DNA from: Eledone cirrhosa
Lineage: Eukaryota
DNA: 64,000 bases
Reading direction: 5' to 3'
Assembly: GCA_964016885.1 (NCBI GenBank)
Contig: OZ024742.1
Location: 316,448,001-316,512,000, forward strand
Position 1 is the first letter of the stretch; each line of letters opens with the position of its first letter. The position numbers and the translations under genes were made by a program. Positions 37,466 through 55,167 of the stretch are shown here, in pieces. A model generated the notes under the pieces. It was not told the DNA's origin, searched no databases, and was given only the letters and a program-made list of their open reading frames with translations.

Positions 37466-40381
37466 GAGAGAAATATATGTACTCGTCTCAACGACTATAA
37501 TCATAGTCGATAACTGTAAATAATGGCCGAGAATAAAATAAATTTGGATACTTAAGTAATTGGTAACCTACACTTACAATGTGATTCAAGTCACATTTTG
37601 TTCGAAAATAAGATGAAAGGATAAAGGATGGAAAGTTTTAAATCATAGATTTACTCAATCAGAGCTGACCTGGACAAAAACAACAACTACAACATTTTAT
37701 TGTAGTTTTATAAGATGAGTTGTTTCTAGAGTAGTAGGATTCGCGTTAGCTTCTTACATGGAAACTCATATATGTTTTCAATTAAATTGTTATATTGACG
37801 TACAAAAGTCAATATATTGTTCACTTTTCAGTATACTCTGAAACTATTGTTGTTATGTTCCTACTTTTAAATCACACCGAGGTCAAATTTGACTTCCATT
37901 CCTCCGGGCCTAGTGCCTAATTTACAAACCATTATATTCAACTTCCGTTCTCTCATGGATCAAAAATATGATCAAAGATGTTCCAGCCATGACAATGCCG
38001 TTTTTAGGGTTATGTAGTTCTATATTGTTCATTCTATTTTTGTATTACTTATTTAAAGAACTTGAATATCCTGTGAACGATATTTAACAACTAATGTTAG
38101 CAACTCAAATGTGCATTCGTTGGCTTACAGCTTTGTAGGATTTGTTGGTTTTCTACAACTGCTGTCATAGCTTCGTTAAATGCCTATCTGCCTTGTTGCA
38201 TCCATGTTTTAAATAGTTGTAATTAATTATATATCTTTTATCTCTCTGATTCCACCCTGCTTGTAAAGGATTCAATTAAACAAACCTCCTAAAACGTGAA
38301 CAACTATACCATACTAATTATTTTGCAACAGTTTATATTTACCACCTGTTTCTGCAATATTAATGACAGCTGTTTGTATTAGACATGAAACGTGACTGAA
38401 GTAGAAAGAAAATTTCTAATGAAACAAGAAATAACCACTGAGTCTCCGAAATAAATCTTATTCTGATCTAATATAGCACGAAAGATTTACACCTGATACT
38501 TGAGAATATATTTTTCCTGAGATTTTCTGCTCCAATTGTGATTTATTTAAGTATCCTGTATCCAGTTAAGACATTTTCGATAGAAGAGTGTTTTAGGGTT
38601 TGTTTCATGTATTATTGTGTATGATGGCGGAGAAACTAAAGTTGGCACGAATCTAAAATTCCGTAGGTGTGGTATACAGTTTCCGCTGAATATAATAGCT
38701 ACATGGAATTGCTCCCATAAATCAATTATATTTTCCTTTTGGCTTGGTTTGCCACTGAAGTTGGCATAGAATATAATCAAATTATTTATTAAAGGTGCTT
38801 CATTTACAACAACATACATTAGAGTAGAAATTAGGCTGCAGATAACTCGATGTTCTCACAGATAATGGCTGGCCTATATGCGGTATTTATACAACAGAAG
38901 GTGTTAAATAACTTGTCTAACGATTCAAGTTAATGCCATATGCAGAATACACATGTCTATTCCTGTTTTTTCCCTAAGACTATATCATAAAAGATATTAC
39001 ACATCGCACTATCACTCTGTTTACCTTCGTATAGGCCTTTTTCGTAAAGGCCTTTTTCTTTCTTTAACTGTCCTTATATTAGTTAAGTTCTATATTAACT
39101 CCACTATCGATAAATCATTCTTTTGTTTCCTTCCTTAGAGCATTTACTCATTTCTCTCCATAGACATTCAAAGGTTTCGAAATTGATTTACAATGTAAAT
39201 CGCATGTGATTGAAATAACTATAGCCGAAAATCTATACGAAGCCGTAGATACGCATGAATACTCTACACTTTGAGTCCGGTTATATGCCTGAAATATTAA
39301 TTACTTCATTGGAACTATGTTGTCACTTGATTTCAAACACATATCTTTATGTAGCTTTACTTCTTATGTGTAGAAGAGCCGGATAAAAGTTTGCTTCATA
39401 ATCATTTCATCCCGATTTGAACACACATCGGATTAATCGAAGCCTCATGAGGGAACTTTAGTAAACGGAAACTTAGTGGAAGCAGATTGAATAGATTGTG
39501 CTTGTAATTCACAGAACAAATCTTGTCACACACATCCTCTGTCAAGCTGAATCTCCCTGAGAATTACGCTAAGAGTAAACAGTTTCTGTTGAATTCTCAT
39601 CCATTTACACGTGGATTTCAGGATCAGACTATTTCGTTGATCAAACTACAGGAAGACTCATCTACGAAACTAATATATGTCCATTATCGTCCGTTCTGCA
39701 TGCGTGTAGGAGCAGTAGAAACACACAAATAATTTAGTAATTTAACAAAATATTGAATATAAAATAAATACCATAATAAAATAGGTAATCTACGCAGACC
39801 TATTAATACAACAACAATATCGAGAAGAGGATATGAGGTAAAATGAGATCATCATGATAGTTAAAAACATGTGAAGTGAAATATTTTTATTTCTGAGATA
39901 TATGATGCGAGTAATGTGCAGGGACCAAATATTTGAAATATTGATATAATACTTTTGCAATCAATTGAAAAATAAGCGCATTTTTACCTGATCAATATGT
40001 CGATTAATTGATGAGTAAGTGTTTTTAATTCATGGAAAAGGTTGAATCAATTTATTGATAGAAGATTGGAAATGTATTCGTGCATAAAGAAATACTGATG
40101 ATGTAAATGGAAAACTAATATAGTATCTAAGCCAGTGACTTGTGTTTTGTTAATCTAAAATCCAATTTAGCAGTAACTATGGCACAGTACACATTTCCAT
40201 AAAACAACAGAACGACAGAAGATGAAACATACTTTATATCTTTGTTTTGTGCTTCATGTACATGAACATATGTACACATACAATGGCATATACAATTTCT
40301 CTATCTCTCTCTGTCTCTGTATTTGTATATATGGACATATGAATTTGCGTATGTACAGGTCTGTGTGTATGTATAGATATG

Positions 40382-40439
<58 letters not shown>

Positions 40440-41094
40440 CATGTGCGTGTGTGCTATCTGTACACACGCGCATATGTATATAAATATACATCGAGGTCGT
40501 TCTTGTCTCTCGTTTTAATCTGTTGCTGAAAGCATGGAAAGAAAATGCAAATTGTCTTTAGTAGATATACTTGACATTTTGCCATTGAATTACATGACAG
40601 CCATAGAAGTGATGTAATGTCACAAGTTCATGCTGCACAGAAAGAGTACTCTGTAAATATAAGCTCCAAGCCTAATAGGTTCTTTTATTCAAAAATAGTG
40701 GAATAGATAATTACATTACCAAGTATGAACTTGTTCTATATAAAATAATGCGGACATTGCTGTATTCATATTAGCTATTACAATACAACAGTCGGAACCT
40801 ACATTTTCAAAAGTTATTATATTGTTCTTTTCTGTTATAAAGAGTAATAATAAAGATTATATTTTATGTATTTATCATCATCAGAGTAAACTAGTCGTTA
40901 CGCGATGTATAATTAGCCATTGAAAGTATTGAATACAATAGTCGAATAGTCATATTTTATGTTAATATACGTTCGTCTATGGCCATAAAAATATTGTGTG
41001 AATAGAAGTGAAATTATAATAATTTGGTTATGTTTTGTATATTTCCCTATGTATGATTCGAAGTGTATTATTTTATGTCAACCCTTAACTATGG

Positions 41095-41345
41095 TCAGCT
41101 TGATTAGTGACCGAAGGAATACGATCATGAATACAAGCGGCCGAAATGGGTTTCCTCCGAAGGGTCTATGGAGTAACGCTACTCGGTACAGTGTGTAGCT
41201 CGGAGATTAGAGAGTCACTCCAGGTAGGTAGAGTCAGTGCTTCTCCGAATTGAGAGATCACAGCTCTGATACTATGGGCATGTGGCTAGAACGTCTCAAA
41301 TAGAAATCGCTGGACAGATTTTGTTCTCAGCAGTTATGCATGCGT
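41095..41345 (+). pseudogene. RTE-clade LINE 3' RT fragment
   Basis: IQAAEMGFLRRVYGVTLLGTVCSSEIRESL../LLRIERSQL*YYGHVAR. Confidence 0.8.
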
Positions 41346-41725
41346 TTAGACAACCTCAACCTTAAGAAACTGAAAGAAATAGATCGCCTATTAATCATAG
41401 TAGCACCCTGAAATGGATGTAACATATATTCTTAAATTTGGAAAAGTTTAGGTTTTATCTGTACGGGAATATATACTAAATCAGATCCTAAAATCAAATA
41501 TAAAACTATATATAGTTTGTTTTGTAATGAAGCTTATGTGACCTAAACAGTTCGAAATCCGAAAGATGTTTCACCGTAGCTTCCCATGTGTGATAATGTT
41601 TAAATTGTTTAGCACCAAGTCTAAAAATATATGTATTCTTTCCTTATTCCTCCTTTTTCACACATACACACACTCCCCCTCTCTCTCTGTATTTACACCC
41701 CCCCCCACACACACATATATATATA

Positions 41726-41782
<57 letters not shown>

Positions 41783-42045
41783 CTTGTAAATCTAACTTTA
41801 GCTGCAGTACAGCATGTTTTGTTTTGAGGCAATCACAGAGCACTCAATGGATCGAAAGTTAAAAACAAACATTACCTCCAGAGTTAAACACCGTAGTTAT
41901 AAAATGTGACACCAAGATAACCGACAAAATGCAACAAAATAACGATATATACAAAAAGGTTTTTCATATCTGGACCATCTCCGATTGATTAAAATCGATA
42001 TAATCGATAAAACCTTCGCTAGGTTTCTGGAAGTTATATAACAAG

Positions 42046-42213
42046 TTATATAATTGTTTCTACTTTTGGCACAAAGCCAGCAATTACCCAGTGCATTATT
42101 TGTACTTTATTTTATCGACCCTGTAAGGATGAAAGGCAAAGTTAACCTCGACGGGATTTGAACTCAGACCGTAAAAGGACGTAACTATGCTGAAACGCAT
42201 GGCGTCCGACCCT
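42046..42213 (-). mobile_element. SINE family A
   Basis: Reverse complement of tail, core and B box. Confidence 0.85.
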
Positions 42214-42393
42214 ATATAATGCACAAGAAATACATATACATATAATACATGTGTACTTCCACGCTCGAACTGGAGTTCCTTCGTCCTTTTTTAAAAAACT
42301 TCAACTGTACCACAGAATTTCACGCTGCTTGTAGCATTGTAGCAGTAATCCATTTGTGTGTATATACACATACATACATACATTTATGTGTAT

Positions 42394-42453
<60 letters not shown>

Positions 42454-42459
42454 GTACAT

Positions 42460-42517
42460 AGTCCAGAAATAGCCGTCGAAACGGCTTGAGCTCTGCCGTC
42501 GGGGTCATACTTTTTCC
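42460..42517 (+). mobile_element. Fragment of the 25743 family
   Basis: cagaaatagccgtcgaaacggcttgagctctgccgtcggggtcatactttttcc between TA runs. Confidence 0.75.
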
Positions 42518-44796
42518 TATATATATATATTATATATATATACTCCTTCAAAAGAAACCTAATTAAATCGAACAATCTACAAGGTGATATATTTTCAAAT
42601 ACCCATAATTCCCATATTTACACGTGTTTATCATGTGGGAATTTTACTGATCCAAGAATTAAATCTTGTTAAAATTACCGTCCTTCACTTGTCAGTTCCG
42701 CATGTTTTATCTATAAATCATATACCCCAACATTATGATGTAAATAAACTTCACATCTATAATGAAATATATATAATTTTACTCAGGTGTTGAATCTGAG
42801 TTCACACGTCGTATATCTTATACAAACTTAAATTCGTAAATGTTCTACTTTGTGCTGTACAAATGATTTTTATATAACACTGTCATAAAACTTCAAATAA
42901 AAAGTACTAATTTATTGTAGAGAATTAATGAAGAATAAACGTATTCAAACATTGATTCCAATGATAGGAAACGGATGAAAGGGCATATAATTAACAATAT
43001 AGGAAAGTTGAAAATAAAAGTTGAAGATCAAAGGAACGTTTAAGGGATTATAAATATGATGTATTGATTTTCAATTTTATTCCTGTCGTTTTAATTTCCT
43101 AGTGCAGTGTTTTTACCTCGTCTAAATTCACTAATCTATTTCCTTTACGCCCTAATCAAGAATTTTTCTTATAATAAACAAGCATTTAGTTTCGCTGTGA
43201 ATATGTTAAACTGCGATCATATCACATGAAACTCGGAATCTTTCATACCTTGGCCTGTGAGAGTGTTAAGAAACAGAAATACATTTATTTACTGCTGTTT
43301 CCCTAAAGCTAAGTTTGATGTAAACTAAAGCTAAGTTTGATATAAAATACTCGCAGTGGGACTAAACGTATGTATATTATATATAAACAAATTGCTACAT
43401 GCCTGTTAGTGTTGTTGCTAACTAAGCAAGAGTGTAAGAAATATGTAAATCTTTCTAAAAGATGATTTGTCCTGAACGAATAAACTCGTGCATTCAAAAT
43501 ACACTAGATTCTCCCAACGTGAGACTAGTAACAAGATCAACTTGTGTAGACACATTTACTCAACCTTACAGCTTCGAGATTCTGGAAAATAAATTCAATC
43601 TGCTTTATTGCTTTTTGAAGCTGACTGCAACATTTCGTATTAAGAGGGGGTGTGATATGATTTCAACTATTGCTTCTTCAAATTCTCTACTGTGAGACAT
43701 CACTTATTTTTTTCTTGTAGTTTTGTGGAAATATAAATCAAAACGGACTCTAGCATTCCTGTTGAGTCAAAAGAAATTAATATGAAATTCTGACATCGAA
43801 AATAACTTATACGGCCGAATACTATTATTGATGTCTCCGCATATGAAATACAACATGCAGCTCAATCTATTTAATAATACACCTAACACAGAGTAGCAAA
43901 TATTCATAAGAGGTTCAGGTTTATGACTGGCATATGTTATTATTTTATTATAGCTACAACATTTGAATCTACCGTATTGTGAAGAAAATAAATATGAACA
44001 GGTTTTAATACCCATTTTCGAAGTACTTTACCAAGTGTAATAATTACAAGAGGAATAATTAGTTATTCATACATCTTACAGTTTGCATGGTCTAAAATAC
44101 GAATAAAAATGTTCTCTTTATAAATCATTCATATTTCATTTTCATTCTATAATCCAATTTAACTGCTTCAGCTTTTCCATTTTAAAGTAAAAAGGCCCCA
44201 TGATGCAGTGGAAATTTCTCTTCGGGTTTAAAAGCCTGAATTTGAGAGTGCATTTGGAAACTTTTTATTTACGTTGCTAACATTCACGAGACTTCCGGAA
44301 TATACTACATCAACAGCAGTTAAATTGTTTTGAATCGATTTAATACTTATACTACTTTCGAACGAACTGTGGCATACAACTAATCAGAAGAAATCAATAT
44401 TTGGGTTGTTGTTTATGAAATTAAGTTATCAATTTTTTCAAGTTAATATGTATCTATTTTCAAATAAATGCCCCGTAAAGTAGCAATGCAGGTAGTCTTC
44501 AGCTTTTATGTTATTAAGTTTCTGTCTTAATGTAAATAACGTCAAACACCCATTTCAATGATAGTGTCGTAATTCCAAATATTTGAACAGAGAAAACAAT
44601 GCGTGAAAAAGCATAAGATGATTTAAGAAGCAGCAGACATATATACAGCTTTCCAGGTCACTTTCCTAAATGTATTCTTCAATTCACTTGTAAACTCCTA
44701 AAACTATTCGATCGACAGATTGATCACACGCTTCGAGGAAGATTGAAGACACGATACAATTTGTTTTCCAAATGGACCTAGACCGTCACGCATTTT

Positions 44797-45120
44797 AAGC
44801 ATATATAATTGTTTCTACTTTTGGTACAAGGCCAACAATTATCCCAGTGTATTATTAGTGTTTTATTTTATCGACCCGTAAGGTTGAAAGGCAAAGTTAA
44901 CCCCGTCGGGATTTGAACTGAAAACGTAAAAGGCCATAACTCTATGCTGCAAAGCAGGGTGTCTGACTCTCTACGATACTGCCAACCCACCGCCCTAAGC
45001 ATATATAATTGTTTCTATTTTTGGCACAAGGCCAGCAATTATCCCAGTGTATTTCTGGTATTTATTTTATCGACCCCATAAGGATGAAAGGCAAAGTTAA
45101 CCTCGGCGGGATTTGAACTC
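44797..45120 (-). mobile_element. Two tandem SINE family A copies
   Basis: aagcatatataattgtttcta..ttggcacaaggcc repeated at ~44798 and ~44997. Confidence 0.85.
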
Positions 45121-45204
45121 AATGACGAACATTTTGTTTTGTAAATAATCATACAATACAATAATCGAATGCTTGGAATGGAAGATATGCTCCAAACCTG
45201 CTTT

Positions 45205-45540
45205 CTCATAGTAATGATGCCACAACAAAAAGCACCCTCTCATTTCTGTGCAGTATAGTACTGGTACAACAACAACAAAAACACTTAGTTTACCCTCTAA
45301 GGTGCTAGCGATAGTGCTACAACAATAAAATCACCAAATACACCATGTATGGTGGCCATGCTGGTGACACAACGAAAAATACTCAGTCCTCCCTGTAAGG
45401 TGGTCATCCTGGTAACAAAGAAAAACACCTAGTTAACCCTGTAAAATGGTAGTGCTGGTGTCATGATATATTCCTCATAGTACACACTGTAGAGTGTTTG
45501 TCGACATGAGGAAGGACACCCAGCCCTAAAAAAACGTACA
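45205..45540 (+). repeat. Degenerate ~50-bp tandem repeat element
   Basis: Recurrent gtgctggt-ac-acaa-aaaaa-cac units ending in aggaaggacacccagcc. Confidence 0.5.
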
Positions 45541-45550
45541 TAAATATATA

Positions 45551-48850
<3,300 letters not shown>

Positions 48851-48959
48851 TATTTTACGTATAGACATATCTTCTCACACTCACACACACACAATCACAT
48901 ACTTGCAATTTGTTTGCAATCCCGGAAATGGATTGCAAGAGCAGTGAGATTTGATTTTA

Positions 48960-49412
48960 AGTTATCCTTATATCGTAGCCATGGTCTACCAACTGTCTTG
49001 CTGTTGCGGCTGCTAAGCTGACCATACATGAGGGCTTTGGAATTATGTCGTCATTCATGCGGATGACATGGCCAGCTCAACGAAGCTGAGATTGCACAAG
49101 GAAAGTTTCAATTCCCCCAATGTTGCATTTGGTTAGGATGTCAGCATAGGAGATTTTATCTTCTCGTATATGAACGCAGATGGATCTCAAACATCCCTTG
49201 TCGAACACATCCAGCTGGTTTATGTGTGACCGGTATGGTGTCCAGGATTCTGATCCATAAGGCAAAGTGGTGAGAACAACTGCCTTAAACACTTGCACTT
49301 TCGTATTTATTTAGTTTTACACCCTTTTCATTCCAAAGACGATGATTGAGTTTACCAAACGTAGAGGAAGCTTTGGAGATGTGGTTGGTTACTTCGTCAT
49401 CAAGGGAAGCAA
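48960..49412 (-). pseudogene. RTE/BovB-like LINE 3' RT fragment
   Basis: KASSTFGKLNHRLW..KVQVFKAVVLTTLPYGSESWT..QSQLR*AGHV. Confidence 0.8.
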
Positions 49413-50099
49413 TGTTCCCTTTTCCGTTTTCCCATCTATTTTTCTTCCCTCTCTCCTCCGTTTTCCAAATAACTTACGCAGTTATTGAACGCTCTGGGGG
49501 TAGATATCTTCTCTTTAAAGCGTTGAAATATCCAAGACCCCCAGTAGACAACTGATGAGGAAAACTCCACCCAGTTCTTGCTTTCTTCTTATTCTCATTC
49601 CATTTTAAGCTATATATATATATATCTATATATAGTAGTGAGAGTGAGATAGATAGGGTGTGAGAAAGTGTTAGAAAGTGATAGTTAGAGAAGTAGGTAG
49701 TGAAGATATGGTACCATATAGGCCATAAACAAACATCAGCAATATACCGCATTCGACTTCTCAATATTACACATACGTCCAATACAACGAGCATAACGAA
49801 CATTGTCTACAATTATGTACAAGAGAAATTTTTCAAGGTGGTACAAGACCCCTTTGGGGCCCCAAGCAGGCAAAGACTTTTCACAAAATGGATGTCGTAT
49901 GGTTGCTGTGGGTCCTTTTAGCGCCATGGCCCCGGAACAAATTACCGGCTGGATCACCCTCTCTCTCTCTCATAAGCCCCGATTATATGCACCAGTGCCA
50001 CTAAAACAATGCGGAGTACTGTTAACATCATAAACGTAATCATGACTCAGGGTGACAAAGATGGCGATAGCAACCAGCAATTACATCACCACATGATGA

Positions 50100-50267
50100 C
50101 AATTGTTTCTACTTTTGGCACAAGGCCAGCAATTACTCCAGTGCATTACGGGTGTTTTATTTTATCGACCCTGTAAGGATGAATGGCATTTGAACCCAGA
50201 CCGTAGAGGGCCGAAACTCTATACTGCGAAGCATGGTGTCCAACCCTCTACCGATACTGCCAATCCG
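50100..50267 (-). mobile_element. SINE family A with internal deletion
   Basis: Reverse complement of tail, core and head. Confidence 0.8.
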
Positions 50268-50670
50268 ATAATGACGATGAAGATGACGAGAAAGAAGAGG
50301 AGGTAGAGTATACTGAGCTGATGACACCGAGAATGGTGGTGGGGATCGTTGAGGATAATGATGCGGATGATGATGATGACGATGGTGGTGGCGATGATGA
50401 TGATGATGAGGATGATGATGATGATGCTGACGATTACGGTGGTGGTGATGATGATGATGATGATGATGATGATGAGCATGATGATGATGCTGATGATGAT
50501 GGTGGTGGTGATGATGATGAGGATGATGATGATGCTGATGATGATGGTGGTGGTGGTGATGACGATGATGATGATGCTGATTATGATGGTGTTGGTGGTG
50601 GTGATGACGATGATGATGATGATGATGAAAATGATGATGACCTGAGTGGAGTCATTGTGATGATGATGAC

Positions 50671-50710
<40 letters not shown>

Positions 50711-50750
50711 AGAACGGTGGTTATGTCGACCACGACGATGATGATGAGCG
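50268..50750. repeat. Degenerate (GAT)n/(GGT)n trinucleotide array
   Basis: Visible directly; explains the poly-D, poly-M, poly-H and poly-I ORFs. Confidence 0.9.
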
Positions 50751-51019
50751 TGCATGGATATCATCAACATCGCCAACATCATCAGCCTACTCCTTCTACC
50801 CTTCTACCCTTCTACCCTTGCATATGATGTCCAGAAGCTGGACATCATATGCAAAAGATAGAACGCCGTTGTAGAACATGAGAAAATCGAAAGCAACGGC
50901 CAATTGATAAACGTTTGAAATAGATATATCTACTATCTCTGTTAGACATCATATTAAGGCAGACATCGCAATAACAGCGAAAGGAATGGATACACACACA
51001 CACACATACACACACACAA

Positions 51020-51084
<65 letters not shown>

Positions 51085-51167
51085 CTTACATAATACATAC
51101 GTACACACACACATATATACAATTATATATGTATATATATATAAATATACTATATGATTAGGCGATA

Positions 51168-51277
51168 CCCGCTGATGAAGCCGCATATGCCGATTGTGCA
51201 TTGTTGCATAATATATGCAGACAGATGGTGCAGTGCACCTTACTGCTGCATTAGTGCGGCAGAAACTCGAGACTGGG
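51168..51277 (+). ncRNA. Hammerhead ribozyme with structured ~80-nt stem II (cleavage triplet mutated to GAC)
   Basis: CCCG CTGATGA aGCCGCA...TGCGGCa GAAA CTCGAG AC TGGG. Confidence 0.8.
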
Positions 51278-51425
51278 AACCTTATAGGCACCCGTTTTAC
51301 GTGTGTTGTGTTGAAGCAAATAACTATGTGGAAACTCTGGTAATGTATCTTACATTGCCCATTGAGTGCGCTGAGATACAACCGGTACTGACATTGATAA
51401 ATATGGTGGGTCCGTCAATCCTTAT

Positions 51426-51512
<87 letters not shown>

Positions 51513-51581
51513 CACACATATATATACATAATACTTACGTGCACACACACACACACTTACACACATATATATATGTATATA

Positions 51582-51681
51582 CAGGGTGTCCTCCAAAAAT
51601 GTATACTCACTTCAACAGCATTCTAATGACCATTGCCTTTACATGTAATCAATGTGTGTACATTTTTTGGGGGACACTCTG
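51582..51681. mobile_element. Tc1/mariner-type MITE
   Basis: TIRs CAGGGTGTCCTCCAAAAATGTATAC / GTGTACATTTTTTGGGGGACACTCTG with TA on both sides. Confidence 0.85.
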
Positions 51682-51756
51682 TATTTATATATATAATCTC
51701 TCTCTCTCTATATATGCATATGTATGTATGCATACACACACAATCACATATATATA

Positions 51757-51875
51757 GCGCGTGGCTGAGTGGTTAAAGAATTCGATTCGCAATCGTGAGG
51801 TTGTGAGTTCGATTCCCGGACCGGGCGATGCATTATGAACCTTGAGCAACACACTTTATTTCACGTTGCTCCTAG
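51757..51875 (+). mobile_element. tRNA-derived SINE family B, 5' part
   Basis: A box TGGCTGAGTGG, B box GAGTTCGATTC, then ccttgagcaacacactttatttcac. Confidence 0.85.
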
Positions 51876-51884
51876 TTGGAGTTA

Positions 51885-51970
51885 CGACTGATAGATAGTA
51901 TTAACAATTGGAAAGACCAACGGAAGCATTGTTTCTTCGGTCCGATTTGACGAAAGTCGATCGACTGTCG
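51885..51970 (+). ncRNA. Degenerate hammerhead-like motif
   Basis: cga CTGATAGA ... GAAA GTCGATCGAC TG tcg; palindromic stem III, but core insertion and a non-cleavable triplet. Confidence 0.35.
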
Positions 51971-52004
<34 letters not shown>

Positions 52005-52042
52005 AAACGAAAAATCAGTGATGCATCTGAACTAAATTTATT

Positions 52043-52130
52043 GTGTGTTACAACTGTGTTTCGCCGGCGGACAGCTCGAGACACGATCATTGTGTGGATC
52101 TGTCTGATTCTGGATCTGCAGGTTCGACGG

Positions 52131-52136
<6 letters not shown>
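52043..52136 (-). ncRNA. Degenerate hammerhead-like motif
   Basis: Minus strand: gtgtgt CCGTCGA ... GAAAC acagtt GTA acacac AATAAA. Confidence 0.35.
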
Positions 52137-52166
<30 letters not shown>

Positions 52167-52446
52167 CTATATTGGTAAACGGAATAGAAAATGCTGACAA
52201 ATTGTTCACAGTGAAAAATAGTTTAATTAGGACATCACGGACGCTCTATCTCAAAATTATTTTTGAAAAGCATTAGAAATGCGCAACCGGTAAAACTTAA
52301 AACCAAAACTTAATACTAACCAATACTATTACTAATTATCACTTATTCCTAATTAAACTATTTTTCACTGTGAACAATTTGTCACCATTTTCTATTCCGT
52401 TTACCAATATATCATAACTCGTGTGTTACACCTCCATTCTTTTAAA
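52167..52446. mobile_element. Short inverted-repeat member of the 17585 family with TTGAAAA/GCAA hammerhead-like motif (52260-52294)
   Basis: Arms ~52169-52233 and ~52347-52410; TA-flanked. Confidence 0.75.
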
Positions 52447-54859
52447 TATATATATATATATATATATATGATTTGTGTGTGTATATGTGTCTAGTTCATT
52501 ATATTGTATTCATATTTGCACAAATGTATGGCGAAGATAAATCTTTCTCCAGACAGACTATATTAATTGTTAAATGCTGAAACATCTATCAATATTTTTT
52601 ACCGTTATTTAAATTTGATATTACTTTCATCAGATTACAATAAAGGTATTTTATTGATATATGTATCATAACGTTATTTTATCAAATGTTCTATTCTGTT
52701 GCCTCAGATATCGATTTTATCTCGATAACAATTCGTATATTATTTTCATTATAATGCAGAAAAAGAAATATGATTACTTTCAAATCGATTGTTCAGTGTA
52801 CATGCATACCAATATCCATATGGTGCAAACCTAGAGCACGTTGGGATGCTGGCTAATTTACAACAATGCGATTTATCTGGTAGATTGGTTAGCATGTTGT
52901 ATATTTGTTACAGGTCTCTGTGCTCTGATTTCAAGTCTCACCGATGTTCACTACGCTTTTCGCTCTTTCAGGTTCCGCAACGAAAGTACAAGCCAGGTGT
53001 TAGCGCGTATCTCTTTGCTTTCAGTTGTCACGTCCTAGATTTGTGGCTGGGTTTAGCCAGGGTAAGTTGAAAGGAACTTTGTGTTTGCTCGCAACTCCAC
53101 GGGTACCTAAAACCCTTATTAAAAACATAATATATACTACCATGTTAGGCTCGATTGTAAGTGACGGCTGTAGATTTGATTTAGCTTTGACCATCAACCA
53201 GTTATTCACGTCATAAGCAATATACAATTTCGTTTCTTTGATATTGCATAAAAGCACAGCCAAAAATAATAATAATTAAGCATGTCAATGATATATTTCC
53301 CTGGTACGAAATGATTAAATAACGTGTTGAATATTACTTATTCATCAATGGTAACCCACATGTTATTGCAAAAGTTATTTATCGAGATGATTGCTTTTTC
53401 TATTTTCTTTTTTATGCATCTAATACATATGTACAGATATGAAGTTAATCCTCGATCGAAATTCAGTATACAATAAAGGGCTGTTGAATATACATCAGTG
53501 GTAATTCTCGATCTAAATTATTCGTTAAATAACCCATGACATCAAATTTATAGCCTTTTTGCATTTCTTTCCAACTCTACTGCATAATGAGAAACAAAAT
53601 GCCAGAGTTTCTAATTTGAGTAACAATGACCAGAATAACTGTCTACTGAAAGAGAAGACAGTGTGTGATTTCTTTAAATCTGCTTAACAAATAAATACAT
53701 AATAACGATTCATAAACAACTAGATTAAAAACTAGACGGATATTTGTGAAGGAAAAAGTACCTTTTTGGCTTACTAAAAAAAAACAAACAAACAAAAAAA
53801 ACAGTTATTGGCATTTTCTCCTAGGTTTGACTAACTACTTTCCATTAAAGTTAGGGAAATTTTGTTTGATACACAAATACTATCATCAATTGCAAAGCAT
53901 CGTGTTGCAAATAGTTTGGATATCGACAATGAACTGTTATGCCTAGTGCTATAATATAGATCAGTGGTATTCCTCTATCACGATTAATTATATGATGAGA
54001 CAACGCTCGAAATCATGTCGATTATAAAAGGCTGTTGAAATAAACGTCAGTGGCGGAATTTATTTGAAACTCGGTTTAAAACCACCAACTGGGTTATTAG
54101 TGATTTAAATGAGTTCTCTGGAGTACAATCATTGAGGCTAGATCTAAGTGTATAAAGATAATTTTCTTTGTTCTTCTCACCAGCTTCAAATACCATGACA
54201 CATCCATTAAAAACGTATCTATTTCCCTACGAATCAACTAAGAGGGCAAACAAATCCTGTGGCAACGCGGCGAAGTAGATTACAAAACGGTATATCAGAG
54301 ACATGTTAAGCTCGTTGATAGAGATATATTAATAGAAATATAGATACTATAGTACTTCACAAAGAAGGAAAAATTATTAACTATAATAAACAAATTAAGA
54401 TTCAGCTGAAAGGGAGTAGGTTCCGACAGTTGAGTCATGAATTGTTGAAATTGTAATTTGCTTCAGATATTCTTTCAACAAACATTCAGAGATTTATCAA
54501 CCAAAATATCGAGTTACAATACAAATATCACAAATATAATATTACAAAACCTCAACAAATATAACAAGATGAACAAAATGAACATATGAAATTCTGCTGG
54601 AAACTGAAAACTTCACAAACCATTAAACAATTTCACATTTCCGATCATCAGATGAAAATGAAGAAAAATAGAATGTTAGTAAGACATATAAAGGCAGGAA
54701 TAACATGAAACAAATATACAATACAACATAAGTAATAAGGATATTGCTGAAACTTAAAATGAATATCAAATAAAGTTTGGTAAGATACTTTCCAATATAG
54801 TATCACTTTAACCAATACCTTGTGAGTGAAATTTGGTGGGTGGGAATTGCAAAAGCCGT

Positions 54860-54926
<67 letters not shown>

Positions 54927-55050
54927 TAGAGTTTGCAGTGCTGAGACCGAGGAGACCACTAATCATGTGAGTACTCGATACTTGGGTAGATGTAGAGTGC
55001 TGAACACACAACACAAGCCGAAATCGTTTGGTGCCACGGTCGGGATGTAC

Positions 55051-55167
<117 letters not shown>

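Noticed and set aside
49490-49570. CTGGGGGT/ACCCCCAG hairpin followed by CTGATGA
   Set aside because: No stem II-GAAA-stem III-NUH arrangement follows the core
50219-50827. Poly-Asp, poly-Met, poly-His and poly-Ile ORFs (possible acidic protein)
   Set aside because: A (GAT)n array is open in several frames by construction and abuts a SINE; no splice or domain support
51757-51825. tRNA-like sequence with A and B boxes
   Set aside because: No acceptor stem; continues into a SINE body shared with 24338-24463
53470-54060. Short degenerate repeats (ggctgttgaa..tcagtgg) and a 41-bp-period duplication at 58738-58805
   Set aside because: Too short and diverged to interpret; not a CRISPR-like repeat-spacer array
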